Shown: positions 41,402-54,650, counted from the stretch's first letter. The stretch: DNA of 64,000 nucleotides from Paraspadella gotoi (GCA_051294375.1 CM119265.1:16114896-16178895), one strand, 5' to 3'. Notes: generated by a model from the sequence alone, not told the origin. Made by a program: numbers and translations.

Positions 41402-41480
41402 CTTCTCGCTCTCCTCTCTCTTCTCTCTTTCTTCTCGCTCTCTCTCTCTTCTCACGTCAGTTTGGTCGACGACCTTGAGG
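36500..41480. repeat. Inverted duplications: about 36500-37210 vs 40900-41480, and about 39281-39640 vs 39955-40300
   Basis: For example gaaagcaaaagaaaagtttgagaa (36669) vs ttctcaaactttcttttgctttt (41331), and cgcgcgacaaataaaaacg (39307) vs cgtttttatttgtcgcgcg (40261). Both pairs are indel-rich. Confidence 0.8.
37553..37925. repeat. Noisy ~40-bp minisatellite (gggaatatccgtaaaatcgggattagcgagc)
   Basis: Four to five recognisable units at about 37555, 37598, 37638, 37699 and 37889. Confidence 0.7.
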
Positions 41481-42423
41481 CCGCCGCTGCTTACAGAACT
41501 AGGCTTTCAAGGGATCGGGCAGGTAGCGAGTAAGTGAGAGTAGTAAGAGGAGAGAGAGAGATGAGAGAGAAGAGAGAGAGAGAGAGAGAGAGGGGGGGGG
41601 AAGTTGTAGAAAAAAGAGAGGTAAATAGAAAAAAAAGGAACTTGAAGTATATATAGGAACAACTCACCAAATATAAAAGAAGAGAGAGAGAGAGAGAGAG
41701 AAAATGGAAACGCCCTTGGCTCAAGGGCGATCGCGCGCTGCCGGCGGCGCCGGCGCCCTTCGCGCCTCGATCGAGTTCGAGCGCCTTTCATTCCATCGCT
41801 CATTTGTCTCCGTGGCGGCGTTCTCTCGAAAATCGGACGCGGCCAGGGGCGATATGATTGGCGCGCCACTTCCACGTTAACTCTTACATAACAACCGAGA
41901 CTTGGGTGTTTTAAAACCATTTAAAAACAAATATTGTAAATATTTAACAATTCTCTTGGTTAATCTACCTGGTTCCTACCTTGATAAGGCAAACCAAGTT
42001 AATTCATTCAAAATTATAATTTCAGAAATTAGAAAAAATCAAAGAAATGTTTGGGTGAGATACACAAACAGTATGGGAAGTTCGAAACAGTTAGTTTTGA
42101 AAAAAAAAATAGATATAAAACATTTTTCGGCTTTGCAATTGTTTTCCTCGTAAATCATACCCTTACAACTTTTGAGACCTTACCTCAGGCAGCCGCCACC
42201 CTTACCCCTCTCTTTTCTCAGCCGCGCGCTTCCTCCCCGCCCCTTTTTCCCCCTTTTCCCCCTTTTTTATATTTTCTCGTCGAGGGCGACGCGAGCTGAG
42301 CGATGACTGAATAGAAAATGAATAAAGAATGAATAGAGAATGAATAGAGAATGAATAGAGAATCAACGGTGAATCGATGAACGATGTTGAGATGAACGAG
42401 GCGTCGGAAACTCGGAATCGGTG

Positions 42424-42479
<56 letters not shown>

Positions 42480-42782
42480 TTGGCAAAGCAAAGGAAAGGC
42501 GAGGTTGGAAGGGAATCATTCTTCTTGAGATGATTATATTCTCTGATGGAGGGCGGAGTCGGGAAGATAGAAGAGTGGCAGGGGTGGTGCCAGGTTTAAA
42601 AAAAGGATGGGGATGGAAATAAGAATAGATACTATATAATAAGTATAATGTGACAGTGTCGCGATGGGGATTTCTACATTTAATCATTTTTTCACAAAAA
42701 AAAAACTTTAAGTAACAGTAAATAAATATAATTGAAACAGTCTAATCTGTTAATTTAACTTCTAAGCGAGTATTAAAGCGCG

Positions 42783-42864
42783 GCAGTTGTGGCCGAGTGG
42801 TTAAGGCGACTGACTAGAAATCAGTTACGGTTTCCGTGCACAGGTTCGAATCCTGTCAACTGCG
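42783..42864 (+). tRNA. tRNA-Ser (anticodon AGA)
   Basis: 82-nt cloverleaf: acceptor GCAGTTG/CAACTGC plus discriminator G, A-box TGGCCGAGTGG, anticodon arm ACTGA-CT-AGA-AA-TCAGT, long variable arm ACGG-TTT-CCGT, and B-box GGTTCGAATCC. Confidence 0.96.
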
Positions 42865-42878
42865 ACAATACTTGCGAC

Positions 42879-42884
42879 TTTTTT
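42879..42884 (+). terminator. RNA polymerase III terminator (T6) for tRNA-Ser
   Basis: A run of six T begins 15 nt after the tRNA 3' end. Confidence 0.7.
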
Positions 42885-43885
42885 AAACAATATAATTGCC
42901 ATGCGAACGATAAAATAAAAAAAATAAACGGGTTGTACTAGTTTAAATACGTAACATGCATAACATAAAAAAAGAAAATATTTTTATAAGTTGCATATAA
43001 CAAAGAGTTGACCAGAATTACATTGAAGAAAAAATATTAAAACCTAAGAATAAAATAAGATTACTGAAAATTTAACGTCACCCGGCAATTTCCTCTTTAG
43101 AAGAGGAGATGTATTTATTTACGTAAAGATAGAGACAAAATATTGTATCATTGTAGACATCATGACTGTACCGACTACGAGAGATTATAACTTATGGGTT
43201 TCTACTACTCGTCCATAACTAGTAATACCGGGTTGAATCGGTTGGGTCGCCTTCATTCATCGGGTCTTTCCATTCATGGAGTAGACTCGGCGCCCCAACG
43301 TCCCGAGCCACGCCCTCAAAACACGCGCGGCGTTGAAATATTGTTTGCGCTCAAAATCTTAGATTTTACTCGATTCGTCTCCATCGCGCGATTCCATTTC
43401 GCGCGATTCACACGAGGAAGTTTTATTTTTACGGCCGGAGTAGACGAAAGTGAGAGAGGGAGAAAGGGAGAGAGGGAGAGAGGGAGAGAGAGGAGAGAGG
43501 GAGAGAGAGAGAGAGGGAGAGAGGGGGAGAGGATGGGTTCGATTGGAAGGAGGGAGGACAATGGAGGAAACAGTGATGGGAAGGTCTTCTGATGCTAAGA
43601 ATGGGCGTGAAGAGAGATTGGGTTAGCGAACATAAACTTGAACAAGGATTAGTGCTGAGAGGCTAAGCATAGATTGCTGAAAACGTTGAGGAAAGGTTCA
43701 AACAAAATGTTTTAAGTTTTGAAAAAAAAAATTTTCGTAAATAATTATTTAAACTTAAAGTTTAAAGTCGGCTAATAATGGTGAGGAAACGGCGAAGGAA
43801 CAAAGAAGTGGGGTAGGGTAGGGGCTAAAGCGACTTGCCTCTGTTACAAAGTTGCATTGGTGGGGTTTCACAGAAAAATTGTGAG

Positions 43886-43984
<99 letters not shown>

Positions 43985-44093
43985 CGTTTGGCGCCAACAC
44001 TAAAAACGTCCGAGACGAAGGCGGCTTTAGCGCCTCCTGATTGAGTTTCTTGGAGATGGGTTTGCGTGGCCGGAGAGGTGATTGCGTGAGAGA

Positions 44094-44131
<38 letters not shown>

Positions 44132-44172
44132 CCAACCCTGCACGACCCCACCCTTTTTTCTCCTTTCAACAG

Positions 44173-44284
44173 CGCGGAAGGGGACGATGGGATCATGATC
44201 AGCTCGAAAAGCTCAAAGACGATGGACATCGTTTGGACTGTGTCGCCAGCGAACCCCGACAGGGTGGACAAGCTCAGGATCAAG
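44173..44284 (+). CDS. FN3 domain exon 1 (AEGDDGIMISSKSSKTMDIVWTVSPANPDRVDKLRIK)
   Basis: Acceptor ttttctcctttcaacag| and donor AAG|GTGGGT. Shows the FN3 strand A/B pattern with the conserved Trp. Confidence 0.8.
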
Positions 44285-46875
44285 GTGGGTGTGGGGACGG
44301 AACCGGGGTGGAACCGGGGGGGGGCGGAGTGGAAGAGGATCTAGGTGGTGATGAATAACTGAATGATAGTAAAATCAAAAGAAAAAAAATAAATGATCGC
44401 GACCTATTACGTAGACAAGATGAAAAAATATTGAGTCGCTATTAGTTTCTCAATGAATAAATTGAATATTCGGTTACAAACTCAGGTTCCTGAAGGGATA
44501 GTAGCTTAATTTCTCATTTTTATGATAATAAGTAAGTTGTCTTCATGGCTCTCCGCGCGTTCGTTCCCAGTCGCGGGACTGGCGAAGCTATAAAGACTAA
44601 AGAAACCAACCACCAGGCGCCGCCTGAGCTCTCGTCAGTGCCGTCCAAATGGAGTCAAGGCGAGTCTCGTAAAACTGTCGAGCGGCCCTTCGATCGTAAA
44701 GCCTCTCCCGGTCGCACTGAGTCACGACGCAGCGTCACTCTTTGTCTTTCGATCTCATTTCTGCTGTCGACCCTTTCTTTTTTTCTGTCTACAATCTAGT
44801 ATTTCAACTTTTTCCTTGTTTTCCAATGGAGACTCTGTCCCGGTCCTAATTAAAAACCTTACTTTAACTTTACCCCCACCTTAAAAAAACTTTTACTGTT
44901 TAACTTCTTTCCCCTTTCAACATTGTTTACTTGCTTCCTCCATGACTCTGTTCTTCCACCCTTTGCCAATAAACGTGAGTCGCACCGCTCCTTGTCTTCA
45001 GGCATGTCCGTTTTCCTTCTCCCTCTTCCTCTGCCTTCCCCTCTCCCTTTCCCTCGACACCCTCGCTGTACCCTCTGAGATTCCCAGCGTCTCTTCACGA
45101 CTCTCCCGCGTCTCCTCCGCAGTCTTCGCGTATTTTGCTCGAGAGTTCCTTCCAATTTTCCCGCCCTTTACTGCCCCTTCCCTTCTCTTTCGTTCAAGAT
45201 CCCAAGGGGCAATTCCTTGCCCGACTTCTGCTCCTTTTTTTTAACGCCCTTTTTTTAACTCGCTACCCTCTTTCCTTCCCCATAATTTCACGCAACCTTT
45301 CTCCATAATGCTTAATGCCTTTCCGCGCCCTCGCTCGGCTCTCTGTCGAGATAATGGGCGACTCGAGCGGCGAAATCGCCAATAAGTTCGACTCGGCACT
45401 CGGCAGGTTTCGCGGGAAACTTATCATCAGTGGAGAAAAAAAGATGAGCTCGCTCGCTTGGTTTCTTACTAATGCTCACTTGCTTTTGTCCTCTTTCATT
45501 CTCTTCTCAACCCTGCCACGATTGGGAACTCGATTCCAGTTCTTCCCTGAGCTTTAAAACATTCCCGCTAGTCTTGGCCTCCACGATCGCGAAAGCCACG
45601 CCCATTTTTTTCCCGCGCTTTTTTCTGCTTCATCTTCATCTTTACTTCTCTTACAACGTCACAATCCCTCACCTTTTTTTCTACTTTCTCCTATTTTCAT
45701 CTTTTATTTTTCGAAAAGGCGACCGAGAAATTTGTAGCCTCGATCCGCAAACTCAGTTTCTGTCGTCATCGTTTTTCGAAGAATTTTTTTTTCCTTTAAA
45801 TTTAATGATTTTTTTGGGTAAAATTTCGATTCCAAAGCAAAAAGTCGTTAAAAGAGAAAACAAATCGAAACCGTAAAATCGACGACGACAGAAAATGGAA
45901 TCGAAAAAAAAAATTTGGAAAATGCGACTTTGTGATTTTGTGATTCCACGCGTGCGCTCTAAGCGGGGGGTGTGTGTTAAAAAGTGTTGGAGAGAATGTT
46001 TGAGTGCAATTTCGGGCAACTGTCAACTCTGATTTGGGGAGTATCGGGGGATCCAGTTTTTGTGGCGTCAATCGATAACTTTTCATCAATTGAAAATTGC
46101 GGATTTTCAATTTTCGATCTTGTGCTTTTAATTTTCGATTTTTGATTTCCGATTTTTGACGGAGCAGGGAGATACATGACAAAGGATCGTCGTGTTTTTT
46201 TTTCTTTTTTTCTTTCATTGTTTTCTTCGCTCCATCTCGTCCATCCCTTCCCTCTCCGCTCACATCCCTTCAAAGCAGGGAGAGTCTCACAGTTTCCCCC
46301 CGTCTCCCTACTCCATTAAATTCAATCCCTGCCCGATCGGCCCCACTTTCCCAATCGCGACGCCCCACTTTCCCTTTCCTCCGCGAGGGCGGCCAATCGC
46401 GGCGTCGAAATGTCTCCCCGGTTTTCGCCTAAAAAACCTGGCGACGAACGAAATCACGAAAACCAGAAACCATTTCCCTTTTTTTTTATTCGCCCATGAT
46501 TCTTTCTTTTTTTTCTTTTTTTTTTCTTTTGCGACCACAAAATAAAACCTTTTTTTTCTCTCTCTCGGATTCACTTCCGATCGAAATGAAAACTAAAACA
46601 AAAGAAAGTAAAGAAAGAAAATTGAAAAGAGAAAAAAAGGGAAAAAGGAAAAAAAGGAGATAAGAAAAGAAAGAGAAGTGAGAAGATAAGCTGGAAAACG
46701 GAAAAAGGATGTGATAAGAAAATAGAAATTCTCAGACAAATGGAAGGCAACGGTTGGCGAACCACGCAGAAAACTACGAATGTAAAAATTCAAGGAAAAA
46801 AACTTCCTTTTTTGAGAGAGAGAAAAAAGGCGATTCCAAGCAGAATTCAAGTGTTTTTTCTCCGGGTTCGTTTAT

Positions 46876-47547
46876 NNNNNNNNNNNNNNNNNNNNNNNNN
46901 NNNNNNNNNNNNNNNNNNNNNNNNNNNNNNNNNNNNNNNNNNNNNNNNNNNNNNNNNNNNNNNNNNNNNNNNNNNNNNNNNNNNNNNNNNNNNNNNNNNN
47001 NNNNNNNNNNNNNNNNNNNNNNNNNNNNNNNNNNNNNNNNNNNNNNNNNNNNNNNNNNNNNNNNNNNNNNNNNNNNNNNNNNNNNNNNNNNNNNNNNNNN
47101 NNNNNNNNNNNNNNNNNNNNNNNNNNNNNNNNNNNNNNNNNNNNNNNNNNNNNNNNNNNNNNNNNNNNNNNNNNNNNNNNNNNNNNNNNNNNNNNNNNNN
47201 NNNNNNNNNNNNNNNNNNNNNNNNNNNNNNNNNNNNNNNNNNNNNNNNNNNNNNNNNNNNNNNNNNNNNNNNNNNNNNNNNNNNNNNNNNNNNNNNNNNN
47301 NNNNNNNNNNNNNNNNNNNNNNNNNNNNNNNNNNNNNNNNNNNNNNNNNNNNNNNNNNNNNNNNNNNNNNNNNNNNNNNNNNNNNNNNNNNNNNNNNNNN
47401 NNNNNNNNNNNNNNNNNNNNNNNNNNNNNNNNNNNNNNNNNNNNNNNNNNNNNNNNNNNNNNNNNNNNNNNNNNNNNNNNNNNNNNNNNNNNNNNNNNNN
47501 NNNNNNNNNNNNNNNNNNNNNNNNNNNNNNNNNNNNNNNNNNNNNNN
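46876..47547. other. Assembly gap (672 N); additional 25-N gaps at 30187, 35164, 36447, 51531 and 52058
   Basis: Runs of N in the sequence. Confidence 1.
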
Positions 47548-48858
47548 CCGCCACGTTATATTCCAATGCCTAATCTCCTTCAACCTTATGCCGTCGGCAT
47601 AGCTACTATGATAGTGCCTAACCCTAACCTTAACCCTACTCACTTTACTTTACTTTACTTTACTTACTCAGTTTTAGCTTTCTCTCATCCCACCCCCACT
47701 CGACCTCTCCCTCTCGGTCTCATTTCCGAACAAAAGTCTCGATCGACGCGCATCAAAGGCAACGAAGAAAACGAGTCGAGCACAAAACAAAATTGATTCC
47801 AGAAAGAAAAGATTTGAAAGAGGCTAGTGATTGGGTAGGCAGTCGGGTAGGTATCGTATGCGTTGATCGGTACAGGGACAGGGTAAGTGGTGGGAGCAAG
47901 GATCGAGTTGGGGAGAGCAATTGGGAACGAGAAGGAAATCGCCGAGCATCAATCTGAAAAAAAAAGAACAAAAAAAAAAAAAAATCGGCAATTTTTTTTG
48001 AGCGAGATTACTCAACTTATCTCGCTATTGCTGTACATCACTAACATCTATGGAATTGATATAACCAATATATAAATCATTCATGTATTCATTCACAAAC
48101 TGACTTTTATCAGGTTATTTTGTTTAGGTGATTCTAGTAGCTGCTTGACGTGAATAATAAAACACGTCGTTAAACTTTAAGACTTATTATGAATGAAGTC
48201 CCGTTTAGAATCGGTGAATAAAATTTTAAAGGACACGGTTGAAAGAACAATCTCAAATGTATTTGCGATAAGTTAAACTCGCAGTACACAAATCTTTCCT
48301 ATGTTATCATCCCCTAAAAGGGAGAATCGATAATCACGGGTCACTATGTGAAAACTGTGAGAGGAAGCCGAATTTCTGACTTTTTGGGCCAGGCCGCCTC
48401 GGCTCGACGGCCAAAGCGAAGGTGAAAAAAAAAAGGCTTCGGGCGCTAATGGAGCACAAACGAAAATCGGGAGGAAATCGGGGAAAAAAGGCGGAGACTG
48501 GATTTAGTGAATGATGGATTGAGGAAAGGTGAGGTGGAGATGGGTGGGGGGTGAGTTAAAGGTGAGGGTGAGGTAAGAAGGAATGGAATGGGATGAGATG
48601 AAAAGAGGTAAGGTGAGTTCAGGCGAGATTGAGATTGAGTCGAGGTGTGATGAGTGGTGTGGTGAGTATGTCGCTTCGGTAAGTTGAGGTTAAGCGAGAT
48701 GAGGTGAAGTGGAGTGAATTCGCGATGAAAAGAAATGAAATTTTGACTTTGAGTTGGGGGGGAGGGGAGGGGCGAGGTCTCGTTTGAAAAATGTCATTCC
48801 AAGAAAATCCATGATGTCAGTCGCGACTTTAATTAAGACGAAGACGAAGATCGATGAC

Positions 48859-48890
<32 letters not shown>

Positions 48891-49212
48891 CGAACGACTC
48901 AATGAACGACGACGACGACGTTGACGATCGAAAACTCACAAATTTCCGGGCCCTGCATTTGCGATTCTCATTTTTTTCTTTTTCGTCTTTTTCCGTTCGT
49001 ATCATCATCGAGTCATTTTCGCAGGGCGGAGGAGGATGAGGAGGAGGAAGAAGAAAGGACAGAGTTTGCATCTGAGTTCGGAAAGTGGGATTCGGGTAAC
49101 TCGGGAGATGCGAGTACGAGGGGTGAAAGTCCGGGGGATGCAATGAGAGAGGAAGGGAAGAGAAGATTATCTAAAACTAGACCCGCGGCCTCTATGCTTG
49201 CCCTTGCCGAAA

Positions 49213-49300
<88 letters not shown>

Positions 49301-49665
49301 CGGTTGGCGGATTTTTAGCGCCGCTCGTTAATTTGCATAAAGTCGTCGCTGAACGAAAAAAACCAACAAAGCTTAAAAAAAAAAAAAAAAAAAAAATAGG
49401 GAGGAGGAACGATTTAGTTTTATCGTTTTAAAACTAGAAGGGAGACAGAGAGGGAGTCAGGGTGAGAAAGAGACGGTTTCGGCGAGACAAAAAAAAAGAG
49501 AGAGAGAGATGAGATTGTTTTGTGCAGCGTTGGCGTTAAACTGCGTGCATCGCCAGTCGCGTGCACGCCGTGCATGGTTGCGTAGCGCGCTGCGTGGGTT
49601 TACACGAGAACGGGTCATCACGGTGGGAAAGTTAAATTCCTTCCCTCTTTATTCTTTACTTTCAG

Positions 49666-49737
49666 TACAATCAACTGAACAAGAGCGACGAACTTCACTG
49701 GAGTTTGAATATGGAACCGGAAGTGACCAGCATCCAG
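49666..49737 (+). CDS. FN3 domain exon 2 (YNQLNKSDELHWSLNMEPEVTSIQ)
   Basis: Strong acceptor ttctttactttcag|, 72 nt, phase 0-0, donor CAG|GTGAAG. Supplies the strand C Tyr and a 'P..TS' motif. Confidence 0.78.
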
Positions 49738-50315
49738 GTGAAGTAAGGGAAGTGGTTAAAAAATGAGCCGGTAGATGTCATATTAACTTGGACTCAGAAG
49801 GAGAAATGGCTAAGGGAGGGGGGAAGGTCGTGGCGGACGAGGTCCAACCCATGTCTTTTTTTTTCTGGTCGGAAGGGGGGGGGCGTCTTGCTATTTTTCG
49901 TCGTTAAGAGTTTTTTTTCATCCCAAGCTGGAAATCGCCCCTTTGCCTCCAAATGTGCTACGCTCTCTACATTCAAATGCTTCCAAGTTTTGGGCTCAAA
50001 AAATGTTTCCCATTCTTCCAGCTCCTTCCAAATCCCCCTCAAAAGGAGAAAAAAAAATTCACGTCTGAGTTTCTTAGAAATTGTTAGAAACACGTAACAT
50101 TAAAAATAATTAATGAATTAAGAATTTTTAACGTGATAACTGTTTACAGAATATGATTCGCAACATCTAATTCCATTATAAAACGCAAAAATGATTTCAT
50201 TATAATCATTATAATCATTTATATCCTGGAAATATTTGTCTCCCTCATCCATCGACATTCAACAAGTGATTTCTTGATTCTCCGCCGACGAAAACTTTTC
50301 TTCTTTTCATTTCAG

Positions 50316-50372
50316 TTGCTGCAACTGGACGCAAACACGCGCTACAACATTTGTTTACTCATCTACTACAAG
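50316..50372 (+). CDS. FN3 domain exon 3 (LLQLDANTRYNICLLIYYK)
   Basis: Acceptor ttcttttcatttcag|, 57 nt, phase 0-0, donor AAG|GTGAGG. Contains the L-x-x-x-T-x-Y-x-I-C tyrosine-corner motif typical of FN3 domains in LRR-FN3 receptors. Confidence 0.85.
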
Positions 50373-51493
50373 GTGAGGACAAAAAGGGGAAATAAATACA
50401 TTAATTAATTAATTAACGTTTATAATGGGTCTGAGATTGTTAAAGAATAAAAAAAAAACAATCAGGGAATAAAAAAGCAAAGAAGTAACTCAAGGTTGTC
50501 GGCGCCATCTGTATCGCAAGGAAACAAAAGACTACGTCGTCATTTTCGTCGATGGCGTCGTCGTCGTCATTATCGTCGTTGTCGTCCATGTTTCCCCGGA
50601 TCTCCATCACTCGCTTAAATCTTAAAATCAAATTATCCTGAGCTTTGGCTGCTGTCCATTCCAGTCCTGTCCTGGCTACAACCAAAGGGTAAATATAAAT
50701 AATTTATTAATAAAAATTTAAATAATCGATTACCTAATGGTTATGATAATTTAACTTTTGGATTAAACGTTAAACATTTAACTTAAATGTTGAAAGAAAT
50801 ATAAAAATATAAGCGACGCGTTTATATTCTTCGACATCTGTATCTGCTTCGTTGTTTGAGTGGGCGTTGCCGGCGTCATCGTCGTCACTATAGCTACGCA
50901 TAAAATAATCAGCACCGGAAGAAAAAAAAAATATGAGCTACTTCGGTGTCATTTCGACTTTTTGAAAAAATCGATGGGGTGTGATATATGATATATGATA
51001 TATGATATATGATATCCATTCCCCATAGTTTTTTATTTTCGTTCTTGAGATTAGGCTGCTTTATTTAGTGGACGTTAATCGTCGACATCTCTTGACTGAT
51101 TGTTTTAATTAAAGGAAAAAAATTAGTTTTGCACATTCGATTTTTAAATTAATTTTTTGTGATTTTAAATGGTTTTCGGTTTCGTACTGAAACAAAAGGA
51201 AATGTCATCAGGAAGTCTTTGACGATGTTTGCTTGGAATTATGAATATTCATTAGAAACAATATACCCCGAACTTTTTAATTGTGATTGAAATTGATTTT
51301 TGAAATGGAATGTATAATAAAAAGTTATCCGTATGAGATTTTCTGCTCTGAACTCTTTCTTTCTTTTTTTATTTTATATCTTCCTTTCTTGACTTGATGA
51401 ATCCCAATCTTATTTCCGTTCAATTTTCTTCCTTTTCTCCTTTTTCAGCCAAATTAACTTATATCGTTGTTCCCACTTTCCTTTCATTCATCT

Positions 51494-51530
<37 letters not shown>

Positions 51531-51570
51531 NNNNNNNNNNNNNNNNNNNNNNNNNGCGAAGAGAATATGC

Positions 51571-51608
51571 AAGATTAGGCTTCAGATTTTGGGTTTTCTT
51601 TCAGAGCG

Positions 51609-51675
<67 letters not shown>

Positions 51676-51719
51676 TCGCTCTGAAAGAAAACCCAAAAAA
51701 TCTGAAAGCCCTAATCTTG
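51571..51719. repeat. Short inverted repeat flanking a (GA)n tract, next to a 25-N gap
   Basis: aagattaggcttcagattttgggttttctttcagagcgaga ... tctcgctctgaaagaaaacccaaaaaatctgaaagccctaatctt. Confidence 0.85.
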
Positions 51720-52022
51720 TTTTCCGAAGTTACGACAACTTTTATTAATATTTGTATTAGTTTTATACAATTTAAACGACATTGATAAAGGTCATTAATT
51801 TTTAATACAACTGACTAACACAGTCATCAGTATTTTGAACTATTGTTCGATTCTTATTACTGATTTTTGTGATAAATCACTTTTTATTCTTCTCTTTATT
51901 ATTTTCGTTCGCCTTGTGATTCCTCTGCGAGAAAATCTCTCTCTCTTTCCTTTCATCTCCTCCTTTCAAAGCCTTTCAAAGTCGGAAATGGAAGTCTACA
52001 ATCTCTCTCTCTTTTTTTCTTT

Positions 52023-52057
<35 letters not shown>

Positions 52058-52199
52058 NNNNNNNNNNNNNNNNNNNNNNNNNGATATTACGTGTATGAGA
52101 ACGGAAGTAATTACAGGCGGAGCTTTTTTAGTTTTTCTATCTTTCTATCTTCTCTTCATGTTAGTACCTACTGTCTCTCTCCTTACCGCCTCTTCTTTT

Positions 52200-53400
52200 C
52201 TCCATCGCCGCGCGCTTTCTCTTCCGCTCCCTCCTTTTTCCCTGCCTTTCTGTTTCCCTCCTCTCTTCTTCTTTTTTACTTATCTGTTTCTTCTCGTCGA
52301 GGGCGACGGCGAGCTGAGCGGATGCACTGGAATAGAAAATGAATAAAGAATGACATAGAGAATGAATAGAGAATGAATAGAGTCAACGCGGTGAATGCGA
52401 TGAACGATGTTTGGATTCGCAGAGGCGTGCGAACTGTCCGAATCGGTGAAACACAGATAGAGCATGACGCCGTACGAGAGAGCGCAGAAGTAGAGAGCCA
52501 CGAGGTACGAGTCAGACTGAGTTTAGATCGCCATGAGTGTATGACTTGCTAGTTTATGATAGAATTGTTTTGGTCAAAGCAACCAGAGAAGGAAAGGCCG
52601 TTAGGCTATGGCATGGCGAATCATTCTTCTTGAGGGAGGGATATAATGGTGGCGTGCATCGTTATGGAGTGGCGAGTCTGTGGGAGAGTAGAAGATGTTT
52701 GGGCATCGGGGGTGAGTGCCAAGTAAAGGTTTTACAAAAACAGGATGGGACCGATCTGGCATATGTAAAGAGACTCGGACGAACTATAGCAGGCTCACAT
52801 ACGTAGCCAGTCCTGATACCGTCATGTGGACACGCGTGTCGCCGATGGCGGATTTTTCTACATTAAATTCATTTTTTCAACAAAAAACAAGGTCGGGCAA
52901 AAAGGGCATTTAAGTAACAGTAAACATAAAAATATAGATTGAAACAGACATCTAATACTGTTAATTTAAACTTCTAAGCGAGCGTAACTTAAAGCAGCGG
53001 CGGGGGCTCGGTGTGGTCGGCCCGAAAGAGTGCGCATTAAGGTGCGATTAGGATCTAGAAATCAGTTACGGCTGGTATTTCTCGTTGTGCTCAACAGGTT
53101 TCTTGCGCTGAATTCCCTGAACGAAATCAACCAAACCTACCCGACCTGTTACTTTTTTTATACACTTTCCGCGACTTTTTTTAAACATCTATAATCTTGC
53201 ATTGTGAACCGATCACGTATAAAATCAAAAAAACTAAACCGCCGGTTGTACTAGTTCTATTCATATATCGACGGTGTAACAAGTGTCAAATAACATATAA
53301 TGAAGACTAAAAGAAAATAGATTATTTTTATCTTAAAGTTGATAATAACAAAGCAGATTTGACGAAGCCGCGCGCCTAGAATTTCATTACATTGTAAACG
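52200..53400 (+). repeat. Insertion-riddled duplicate of about 42215-43050, including a scrambled tRNA-Ser copy (about 52994-53130)
   Basis: Shared anchors are tctcgtcgagggcgac, (gaatagagaat)n, ttaagtaacagtaaa, cttctaagcgag, ctagaaatcagttacgg and gcgacttttttaaaca. It begins shortly after a 25-N gap. Confidence 0.8.
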
Positions 53401-53460
53401 TTAAAAAAATGATATAAAAAACCCCTTTATCACGAGGAAGTTAGAAATAGATTAACATCA

Positions 53461-54650
53461 ACTCACACCCTTTGATGGGTGATAGTGTGTGTGAATGTTT
53501 AGCGGACGTGCGACCGGGCCGGAGCGAAGACAATTGACGTCTAGGAAAAAATCGAACCACAACTGATGATGGATCGATCGACGCAGTCTGCTGCGGAACG
53601 AATCAAGGTAGAAAAATTCATCGCCGAATAATTAAATTCAGAGCAGAAAACATGACGCTCTTGAACGATTTCATAGTTAACAACGAGGTCATAATTTGCT
53701 GACCAAGCAAAAAATAGACGAAACATTCTGAAATTTTTAAAAAGTGTCCCAGAATGACTCTTTCTTTTTAAATTAACTGCAGTTTCAACCTTCTAACTAA
53801 AACGAGCGCCCGAAACATCGTCAATCTGCTCTGAAATAGCTTAGCAACATGCACCAGTCCTTACATTCTGGAGTGTCCTGGAGATGGACACCGCCCGAAG
53901 GCGAAAATGAGGAGGACAGAAGAAGATAGCTTCCTCCGAGCGATGGAGCGCGGACCGAAGCGCTGGCGGGGATCCACTCGTCCCGCGTCGAGACGGCCGG
54001 ATGCACTTCTGACGCGGCCATCTCGGCGCTTCTGTCTCAAAAATCTCTTTGGGGGATCATGGAGATGGTCCCGGAAGGGTTGAGGGTAGAAGCAGATGAG
54101 CGGAAAAGCTGAAGAGGAAGAGGGAAAAACGTGGGACGGACGTGTCGCGGGGGGAGGTAGTTGAGAGGAAGTAGTGACTTAGGAAGTGAGAGAGGGAGTT
54201 GAAGAAAGGTCGAGCAAGGTAAGTACAGCAGCGAGAGGCCAGAGCTGACTGGTTTGAGGAAATTTAAAAAAAAAATCATTTTTTTTTTTTTCCTGCATGA
54301 AAACTACGTATCCTTTTTGCTCATCAAGTCATTGTCTGTCCGAGACTTCTTTCCTCCTTTTTTCGAATTTCTTCCCCTCTCCAAACACCCCTGCGATTTA
54401 AGGTTCCAATCAATACTGTCTCGGAGTCCGGGTCCTCATATCGAGCCCATCATTCGGTGATAATAGCGTCGAAGATGGGCAACAATTCTTCCTCTCGAGT
54501 GATAAATGAGGATCCAAAATGGCCCGCCATCGACACTCGTCTCAGGCGGAGAATCAACTCCCCCTCAATTATCGCAAATTCGATTGGACGGGCGCAGAGG
54601 GCCAGAGTATGAGAGAGAGAGAGGAGGAGAGAGAGAGAGAGAGAGAGAGA

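Noticed and set aside
46740-47643. Long ORFs of 239-289 aa
   Set aside because: They consist almost entirely of the N gap.
53865-54058. Minus-strand paralog of the TM exon as a separate gene
   Set aside because: It is a frameshifted, noisy mirror copy within the inverted duplication.
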